Source: an uncultured bacterium (GTDB taxonomy: Bacteria; T1Sed10-126; CAYPTI01). Taken from it: a stretch of 38,269 nucleotides of DNA. The position numbers were made by a program, and so were the translations under genes. The first letter of the stretch is position 1. Every line of letters begins with the position of its first letter. Where the stretch lies: positions 1 to 38,269 of the forward strand of contig CAYPTI010000003.1 in assembly GCA_964413525.1 (NCBI GenBank). The letters run 5' to 3'. Shown one piece after another: positions 19,336 to 25,552 of this stretch. Below the pieces are notes generated by a model. It saw only the letters and a list, made by a program, of their open reading frames with translations, did no database searches and was not told the origin of the DNA.

Positions 19336-19667
19336 GAAAACGGCCGTCCCGCCAGCAGGTGAAGGTGGATGTGGAACACGCTCTGTCCGGCCCCTTCCCC
19401 GCAGTTCATGACCAGCCGGTAGCCGTCCTCCTTCAGTTCCAGTCGATCCGCCAGCCGGCGGGCCGCGGTGAACAGCTCGCCCACGAGCTCTTCCTGACCG
19501 GGTTCGAGATCGTTCACGGTGGCAATGTGATCCCGGGGTACGATCAGCAGGTGGGTGGGAGCCTGGGGGTTGATGTCCTCAAATGCGACCACGGAGGGTT
19601 CGTCGTAGAGAAGTTCCGTGTCCGTCGCCCCCGAGGCGATGGAACAAAACAGACAATCGTCACTCAT
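19320..19667 (-). CDS. HIT-family nucleotide hydrolase
   Basis: 115 aa. CLFCSI..., NPQAPTHLLIVPRDH, and histidine triad SVFHIHLHLLAG (HxHxHxx). Confidence 0.88.
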   Translation of the reverse strand: MSDDCLFCSIASGATDTELLYDEPSVVAFEDINPQAPTHLLIVPRDHIATVNDLEPGQEELVGELFTAARRLADRLELKEDGYRLVMNCGEGAGQSVFHIHLHLLAGRPFSWPPG

Positions 19668-20018
19668 GCGGGATCATTCCTCTGAACAGGATTCCGTCCG
19701 ACCGGTATCCGTCCCGAAACCACGTCCACTCCTCCTCAGTTTCAATCCCCTCCGAGATGGATACCACGTCCAGCTCCCCGGCGAACTCCAGGAACTCGTT
19801 CAGTTGATCCGGGAGAGGGAGCGCAACCGCAGCAGGTCCTCGGAGGGTTCGTCAACGTCAAAGGAAAGATTGTGGGCCAGGCAAAGCAATTCGCCGCGGG
19901 TGTGTCCCAGGGGTGGAACCACGATCAGGGTAGCCTCCCGATGGAACGACGACCTCTCCTCGCATTCCGACACGGGTCCATGCTGGGCCTCCGGGCGACG
20001 GTCCGGGGTTCGGTTCAC
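19660..20018 (-). pseudogene. frameshifted, degenerate EAL-like domain remnant (C-terminal half only)
   Basis: The 72-aa ORF (19800..20018) reads ...TLIVVPPLGHTRGELLCLAHNLSFDVDEPSEDLL. The next frame continues LPDQLNEFLEFAGELDVVSISEGIETEEEWTWFRDGYRSDGILFRGMIPHE*. Together these resemble the second half of an EAL domain (ialDDFGtGyssl..L..l..d.lKiD ... vvAEGVEt.eq...l...G....QGylf..P) but with catalytic positions replaced. A frameshift is needed near 19800 and no start exists for the distal frame. Confidence 0.35.
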
Positions 20019-20274
20019 GGTTAAGCGATGGTATCAAACATCCCCCGGGAGCCAACGGACGCGACGGTTCGGAACCGGGACGAATGATGGCGTACGGTCC
20101 AGCCGGATCACCCTCCGGCCCGGGACATCGATACACCGATCCCCCACTCCTGAGCCGGAGAAAAACTCCGCTCAGGTTGGAACCATTGCGTTGGAGAATG
20201 CTCGCCTTGCCGAGCGAAACGACGTGAACGAGGGCGTCAAAGGGGGGGACGAAAGCAACAACCCGATGCGACCG

Positions 20275-20370
20275 TTATCCGACCAGCGGTGTGAGCGTCA
20301 GCAAACTGAACAACAAAAAAGCAAGCAGAAAGATTAGGACCGATTCCAGAAAGTCCTGCCGGACCTCCAC
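20275..20370 (-). CDS. 31-aa hydrophobic small ORF (single predicted TM helix)
   Basis: Below the ORF-track size cutoff. GGAAGGAGG, then 7 nt, then GTG, giving MEVRQDFLESVLIFLLAFLLFSLLTLTPLVG*. Half of the SD can pair into an 8-bp hairpin (CTTCCTAT/ATAGGAAG, 20382-20405). Confidence 0.4.
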   Translation of the reverse strand: MEVRQDFLESVLIFLLAFLLFSLLTLTPLVG

Positions 20371-20450
20371 GTACAAACCTCCTTCCTATCTCCCACCATA
20401 GGAAGACCACCCCAAAATTTCCACCCCGCTTACCGGCCTTCACCCCCTCA

Positions 20451-20481
20451 GTTCACCTTGAAGGTATAATAGTTCAATAAC
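20451..20481. repeat. left 31-bp inverted repeat of the Y1-transposase unit
   Basis: Checked base by base against 21401-21431: 31/31 complementary. The match stops on both sides. Confidence 0.9.
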
Positions 20482-20495
20482 TATTCTATTTCTCC

Positions 20496-20900
20496 CTACT
20501 CTTCTTCTTGCTCCTTATGTTGGTCCACCGCGTACATAACCGTGCCCTTGTTGCGGTGAAAATAATCCCCGATCTCCGTCGGTCCGTACCCGGCCTGGTA
20601 CATCCTGACCATGGCCTTCTGACGGATCCGCGCTTCCGGCTGACCGCGCCCCGGTTCCCGGAAATTCTCGACGGTCGTGCCGCCGGCGTCCGCCTCGGCT
20701 CGAGCAATTTGCTCCATGGTGGGTCGATCCCTTCGGTCAGGAAATCGGTCCCGTCGCTCTTCGTCCCGTTTCTCAAGCTGGTTCCAGGTCTCCTCGTCCC
20801 CCACGTACCCCGCTCCTCCCTCGGGGTATTCCACGGTTTCCTCCATCCGTTCCTCATACACGGTCCTCCGGTCGTCGCCGTCGAAATGCGGCGGAAACAA
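20496..20900 (-). CDS. DnaA_C-like helix-turn-helix segment; in-frame continuation of the upstream Y1 transposase ORF
   Basis: TMEQIARAEADAGGTTVENFREPGRGQPEARIRQKAMVRMYQAGYGPTEIGDYFHRNKGTVMYAV resembles DnaA domain IV (R..aRqiAMyL.r.lt..s..eIG..Fg.rdHsTV.ha). The same frame is open from 20990 down (AFVSDPRDYEWHTDALY...), so the TTG start at 20900 is probably not a real start. Confidence 0.55.
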   Translation of the reverse strand: MFPPHFDGDDRRTVYEERMEETVEYPEGGAGYVGDEETWNQLEKRDEERRDRFPDRRDRPTMEQIARAEADAGGTTVENFREPGRGQPEARIRQKAMVRMYQAGYGPTEIGDYFHRNKGTVMYAVDQHKEQEEE

Positions 20901-20990
20901 CCAGCTCTCCAGCGGTCCGTGGCTCCAGTGTCCGGTACGATACAGGGCATCCGTATGCCATTCATAATCCCGGGGATCCGAGACGAAGGC

Positions 20991-21371
20991 CTATTCGACC
21001 GGATTGAAATGAAGGTAGGGAACCAGCTGGAGCAGGTAGGAATCCTCCAGCACGATGTCGGCTCCCGGCTCGCGTCGAAACAGGGCTCCCTCCCGATTCC
21101 TCCGGGGATTGACGTACTTGGCGTACGCGGTATGCAAGCCCTGGAGAGCCCGATCAAGGGACACAGGACCCATCCGTACAAGTGCGTGGTAGTGAGTGTC
21201 CATCAGACAAAGTCCTCCGAGCTCAACCCCCCGGCGATGGAACACTTCGTCCAGTTTGTCGATAAACCACTCGCGTTCGTCCCTCGTGGTAAACAGGGGA
21301 ACTTCCTCCTGTCCCCGGGCGTACACGTGATACCAGTATCCCTCATGATACTGTCGGGGTGGACTGGGCAC
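20991..21371 (-). CDS. IS200/IS605-type Y1 (HUH) transposase core, RAYT-like; ends at an in-frame TAG
   Basis: GTG start. YHVYARGQEEVPLF, HUH motif LMDTHYHALV, catalytic-Tyr region SYLLQLVPYLHFNPVE. 126 aa up to TAG at 20991-20993. Confidence 0.8.
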   Translation of the reverse strand: MPSPPRQYHEGYWYHVYARGQEEVPLFTTRDEREWFIDKLDEVFHRRGVELGGLCLMDTHYHALVRMGPVSLDRALQGLHTAYAKYVNPRRNREGALFRREPGADIVLEDSYLLQLVPYLHFNPVE

Positions 21372-21400
21372 GGGCGAACTTCTCCCTGGTCCGGCCTGAC

Positions 21401-21431
21401 GTTATTGAACTATTATACCTTCAAGGTGAAC
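21401..21431. repeat. right 31-bp inverted repeat of the Y1-transposase unit
   Basis: Exact reverse complement of 20451-20481. It ends 13 nt before the first ATG (21445) of the thioesterase ORF, with the SD lying in between. Confidence 0.9.
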
Positions 21432-21444
21432 AAAAGGGAGGTGA

Positions 21445-21840
21445 ATGTACATGTCAGACCAACAGCAGGACGGGGAGCCGGGAGACGATCCTTACTGCGA
21501 GACCCTAGGGATCACCTATGAAACCATCGAGCCCGGATTCGCGAGGACCCGGCTTGAGGTGGAGGAACGTCACCTTAATTTTCAGGGCGCCCTCCACGGA
21601 GGTGCGATCTTTTCCCTGGCCGACGCGGCCTTTGCGGCGGCCGGCAACACCGGTGACGAGTCCTCCGTGGCCCTGGAGGCCAACGTCTCCTTTCTGGCTC
21701 CGGTCTCCCCGGGAAGCACGTTGATAGCCGAGGCCAACCGCACCCATTCCGGGGGGCGAACGGCTCAGTACGAACTGACCGTCTCCCTGGAATCCGGAGA
21801 CCTGGTTGCCTCGTTGCGCGGACGGGCCTATCGAACCTGA
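21445..21840 (+). CDS. PaaI/hotdog-fold thioesterase
   Basis: 131 aa. LNFQGALHGGAIFSLADAAFAAA is the PaaI-type thioesterase motif. AAGGGAGGTG SD; ATG at 21451 has better spacing than 21445. Confidence 0.8.
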   Translation: MYMSDQQQDGEPGDDPYCETLGITYETIEPGFARTRLEVEERHLNFQGALHGGAIFSLADAAFAAAGNTGDESSVALEANVSFLAPVSPGSTLIAEANRTHSGGRTAQYELTVSLESGDLVASLRGRAYRT

Positions 21841-21858
21841 ACCTGTTTATCTCCGACG

Positions 21859-23130
21859 TCAGCGATCGGTCAAAATCTGAACCAGCAGCAGACCGGACGC
21901 AAACAGAAGCGGTCCGGCCGTGATCGCCGCCGCCGCTTCGATCCCGTAATGTTCAAAAAACCAGCCGCCGATCGGAGGACCGACAACCGCTCCGGGCTGG
22001 CTGATGGAGAGCAGAAACCCTGCTTCGAGACTCTGACTGCTTGACCCGATGTCAATTCGTTCGTTCACCATTGTGAACACCATCGGGATCAACCCCCCGG
22101 CCGCCAGACCGGAGACGATTATCGCCCCGGTCAGGAACAAGCGGCCGGAAGCCCATCCGGTCGCCGTGATCCCGACGCCCAGCAGCAGAGTGATGGACAC
22201 CAGGACGGGGTAGCGGCGCTCCACCCAGTCGGACATCGAGGGGAGCACCAGTCCCCCGACCACCAGAGCCCAGAATACGATCGAACTGTACAGACCCACC
22301 GATCCCTCCGGCACGAAGGAAAGACTCCCGAGCCAGGTGGGAAGCATTCCCAGGTAGGTAAACCAGGAGTACGTGTACACCAGGGCCACGAATCCGATCA
22401 CCATCAGGGATCCGTCGGAACCCAGCTTCTTCAGGGAGCGAAAAAACTGCGTGAACGCTCCCGGCCGGGAGGATGATGCCGGCGGTCCGGCCGTGTTCGG
22501 ACCGGGATCGGCTCCCTCCGGTTCCCGGTAAAACACGAGCCAGATCAGGGCCACGAGGAGCGCTCCGCCGCCCAGGACGGCCTGAGCCGGCCGCCAGTGC
22601 TGCAACCACTGGATCAGCAGCCCCGCCAGCACTCCCTGACCGAAGGCGGCTCCCAGCCGTTCCCCGGTCATCCGGATGCCGTTGGCCAGACCGATCTCAT
22701 CGGGGGGGAACCAGTGGCCGAGCAGGCTGACCAGGTTCGGGATGGCGATCCCCAGCCCAAGCCCGGTTACCAGGCTGGCAACGATCAGACCCTCGAACCC
22801 CGGCAAAACGCCCCTCAGCAGGCCGGAGATACCGATGATCAGGGTTCCGATGCCGATGATCCAGCGATGGGTGTACCGATCCCCCAGCAGACCCCCGAGG
22901 TACCCGGTGGCAACGAACGAAAGGGAGATCAGGCTGAACAACAGTTGAGCGCGGGCGGTTCCGACGCCAAGTTCCTCGGCGATGTTGGGCAGAAACACGG
23001 GCAGGGAAAGCCACATCCAGCCCATGCAGGTAAACCCGATGAGAAAGGCGATCAGGAGGACCAACCAGCGGCTGGCCGGGGTATTTGATCCCATGAGTCG
23101 ATCGATCCTTTGATTGGGCTGGGCGAGCAT
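21859..23130 (-). CDS. MFS transporter
   Basis: 423 aa, about 12 hydrophobic segments; GGLLGDRYTHRW resembles the MFS loop 2-3 motif. Start uncertain: ATG 23130 has no SD; ATG at about 23094 (MGSNTP) is an alternative. Confidence 0.85.
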   Translation of the reverse strand: MLAQPNQRIDRLMGSNTPASRWLVLLIAFLIGFTCMGWMWLSLPVFLPNIAEELGVGTARAQLLFSLISLSFVATGYLGGLLGDRYTHRWIIGIGTLIIGISGLLRGVLPGFEGLIVASLVTGLGLGIAIPNLVSLLGHWFPPDEIGLANGIRMTGERLGAAFGQGVLAGLLIQWLQHWRPAQAVLGGGALLVALIWLVFYREPEGADPGPNTAGPPASSSRPGAFTQFFRSLKKLGSDGSLMVIGFVALVYTYSWFTYLGMLPTWLGSLSFVPEGSVGLYSSIVFWALVVGGLVLPSMSDWVERRYPVLVSITLLLGVGITATGWASGRLFLTGAIIVSGLAAGGLIPMVFTMVNERIDIGSSSQSLEAGFLLSISQPGAVVGPPIGGWFFEHYGIEAAAAITAGPLLFASGLLLVQILTDR

Positions 23131-23661
23131 GTGCCGCTACCGGAGGAAAGCTGAAAGGGGCAAGGGTACCGCACAAGAACCCTGGAAAGAAACCCCGCTC
23201 GCGCCCCGGTTTCCCATACCCCGGCGAGAAGGTTTCCGGGGCGAAGGGTCGATCCGACAGGGTTCGCTCGTGAGCCTGTCCCAACCGTTCATTATCGACT
23301 CTCTACCGCTGAACGGCGAAGAATTTTCCGGGTCGGGCCGTCGTCAGGGATTGTATGGCTTCGACTGGTTCAGGTTACCCGGTCCGATCGAGGATCGATA
23401 GAGAATTCGGATAACCGGGTCTGGGGCAATCACCCTGTTCCGGGGGGCTCAACGAAGTGCTCTCCGTTCGGAATCCGTTCGCAGGAAGGCCGCTGGCTTA
23501 ACGCCGGTTCGACCTCCCGGGCGAAGCAGACACGAGGGCGGTCAGGAACCGGGTCCTAAAGGGGGTTGTTCCGGACGAACCTATACGAGCCTCCGACGCG
23601 TATCAGAGGGATCAATCGGGAGAAACGCCAGAAGGGGAGGTCGGTTGACAGAAGAAAAAAA

Positions 23662-23737
23662 TGGCTCCGCGGCCCGGACTCGAACCGGGGACAAGTCGGT
23701 TAACAGCCGACTGCTCTACCAGCTGAGCTACCGCGGA
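23662..23737 (-). tRNA. tRNA-Asn (anticodon GTT), CCA encoded
   Basis: Folded by hand. Acceptor TCCGCGG/CCGCGGA, D arm GCTC-AGCTGGTA-GAGC, anticodon arm GTCGG-CTGTTAA-CCGAC, variable TTGTC, T arm CCCGG-TTCGAGT-CCGGG, discriminator G, CCA. 76 nt, followed by a T7 run. Confidence 0.95.
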
Positions 23738-23797
23738 GCGATGGCTTCGAACCGAAAAGTGTACGATCAAATCCCGCCTCAGAACAATAGGGACCGG

Positions 23798-24337
23798 TTA
23801 GGAGGACGCGGCTCCGGCCTCCCGAAACAGCGACTCAAACACCTCCGGGTCCGGGGGCCAAGATGCCTCGGACGGACCCGGCCAGCCGAATTCCTTCAAC
23901 CGATAACAGCGCTGAGCCGTGGACAGCAGGGAATTGGAAAGCCGTCCGCGTTCCGAATCGTCGCCGGGGGGCACTTCGATCCAGACCGGACTCAGCACGG
24001 AAAGAATGGCACTCAACATGCCCTCCACTCCCCCGGCCCGGGCGACGAGAATCCGGCGGTAGGGGTGACGGGACTGCTGTTTGCTCAGGTAAACGTAGCA
24101 CTTGCTGACAAATTCCATCCGTTCCCGTTCGTCGTACGGAGCCTCGGTATCCAGGTAGATGTTCAACCGGTGGATCGAACCACTCTCCACCGATTCGCGG
24201 GAGAACTGATGCTGTGGGCTCGGACAGATCAGATCCACTTCCCCAACCCCATCAAGAGACTGGCGAAGCCCCCACCAGTAGGGGTTCCGGTACTCGTAGG
24301 GTGGAACGTCCAGGGTCACCACGGCAAGCGAACTCAC
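23798..24337 (-). CDS. hypothetical protein
   Basis: 179-aa ORF with a GTG start and acidic composition like neighbouring genes. No motif I recognise. The overlapping + strand ORF (23645..24343) crosses the tRNA and is rejected. Confidence 0.5.
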   Translation of the reverse strand: MSSLAVVTLDVPPYEYRNPYWWGLRQSLDGVGEVDLICPSPQHQFSRESVESGSIHRLNIYLDTEAPYDERERMEFVSKCYVYLSKQQSRHPYRRILVARAGGVEGMLSAILSVLSPVWIEVPPGDDSERGRLSNSLLSTAQRCYRLKEFGWPGPSEASWPPDPEVFESLFREAGAASS

Positions 24338-24415
24338 GCTTGAAGCCGACCGGTTAGCCCGATCGGTCGAGCCCGCTCACCGAGCGGCGGAGATCCCCCG
24401 AAATCGGAGCGGGAT

Positions 24416-25306
24416 TCAGCCGGAACCGTCCGAGGTTACGTCCACCGGTTCGTCCCGGACCTCGTCCCCGATGGGTTTGTCATCGCGAGCCCGAGCCCGC
24501 TGCTTCCCCTCTTCGTCCAGCCGATAATGGTCGGCGGTGCCGTCGGTGTGGAGTTTTAAAATTTCCGACCAGACCGAAATGGCGATGTCCCCGGGTTTCG
24601 AGGTCCCCAGCCGCAACCCGATCGGAGCGTAGACCCGATCGTCGTCCGCCGGATTCACCCCGGCCCGTTCCTCCAGGTTGCGAAACAGGCGGATGCACTT
24701 GGTGTCGGAGCCGATCATCCCGATGTAGGCGGCGTCCGAATCCAGAACCTGCTCCATGATCTGGATGTCGGTGTCGTGGCAGCGCGTGATGATGGAAACG
24801 TAGGTGTTCTCATCGATGGTTACGTGATCCGCCCAGTCGTCAAAATCGACGTGAAGTACCTTCGAGGCGCCGGGAAATTTATCGGGATCGGCGAACTCCT
24901 CCCGGTCGTCCACGATGGTGTAGGACCGTCCGATGGCATCCCCCACGCGAGCGATCGCCTCCCCGACGTGGCCGGCCCCGAATTGAAGCAGGTGGAAGGA
25001 ACGGCGTTCCACACCGATGAAGAATTCAACCTTCCCACCGCAGTACATGTTCAGCTCGTTGGGTTCCAGCCGGTGGCTGACCTTCTGACTTTCGTTTTCC
25101 TCAATGGCCTGTTTGGCCTGCTCGATAACAAAGGCCTCCATGGCTCCGCCGCCGACGGACCCCTCGATGGATCCGTCCTCCCGGACCAGCATTTTGGAAC
25201 CGATCTTGCGGGGGGAGGAATTGACGGTGTCGGTCACCGTCACCAGAGCGTAGGGTTCCCCCTCGGTTTGCAGGTCAAGCGCGGTTTCATGCAGTGAATC
25301 ACTCAA
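24416..25306 (-). CDS. XdhC/CoxI-family accessory protein
   Basis: N-terminal XdhC_CoxI part (YALVTVTDTVNSSPRKIGSKMLVREDGSIEGSVGGG) and a Rossmann-like part (LLQFGAGHVGEAIARV...YVSIITRCHDTD...AYIGMIGS). Confidence 0.8.
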   Translation of the reverse strand: MSDSLHETALDLQTEGEPYALVTVTDTVNSSPRKIGSKMLVREDGSIEGSVGGGAMEAFVIEQAKQAIEENESQKVSHRLEPNELNMYCGGKVEFFIGVERRSFHLLQFGAGHVGEAIARVGDAIGRSYTIVDDREEFADPDKFPGASKVLHVDFDDWADHVTIDENTYVSIITRCHDTDIQIMEQVLDSDAAYIGMIGSDTKCIRLFRNLEERAGVNPADDDRVYAPIGLRLGTSKPGDIAISVWSEILKLHTDGTADHYRLDEEGKQRARARDDKPIGDEVRDEPVDVTSDGSG

Positions 25307-25552
25307 CCGTTTCCCTCCTGACGGAAGCTCCGATGGATTTCGCTGACTACAAGTATATCGTCAGCCCCCCGGTTCACGGAAGCCTGGAGCCTCCCCTTCC
25401 GAACCAGTGGTCGCACCCATGCGACGTATTCATCACGTCCGTGTCATCCAACTCTGATTCCTGATATTCTGTTGGTCCGCCAACCGAGTTTCGGCGGGTT
25501 CATTCGCTAACTATTGTCTTTTGAAATTGATTGATTCACGGGGGACCTGCTC

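Larger units (their letters stand above)
20451..21431 (-). mobile_element. IS-like / RAYT-like unit: Y1 transposase gene bounded by perfect 31-bp inverted repeats
   Basis: GTTCACCTTGAAGGTATAATAGTTCAATAAC at 20451-20481 is the exact reverse complement of 21401-21431. The repeats are AT-rich in a GC-rich context and bracket only the Y1 transposase reading frame. No flanking target-site duplication was seen. Confidence 0.6.

Noticed and set aside
20991-20993. In-frame TAG as pyrrolysine or genome-wide stop-codon reassignment.
   Set aside because: TAG terminates pnp (7220-7222) and mfd (28844-28846) at the positions expected for those families. No pyl genes are visible in the window.
23141-23520. 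Possible RNase P RNA, tmRNA or SRP RNA. Fragments seen: GGAGGAAAG, GGCTTAAC about 355 nt later, GGCTTCGACTGG, GGTTCGACC, GAAGCAG.
   Set aside because: The P4 consensus (GAGGAAAGUCCGGGC / ACAGAAnCCGGCUUA) is not met, and other conserved RNase P blocks are absent. For tmRNA there is no matching acceptor stem, CCA end or plausible tag ORF. The SRP domain IV motif (GGAAGCAGCC with a GNRA loop) is not formed.
23645-24343. 232-aa + strand ORF with an apparent SD (GGGGAGG) before a TTG start.
   Set aside because: It reads straight through the tRNA-Asn gene in antisense and then antisense to the 179-aa ORF. The SD-like string is probably fortuitous.
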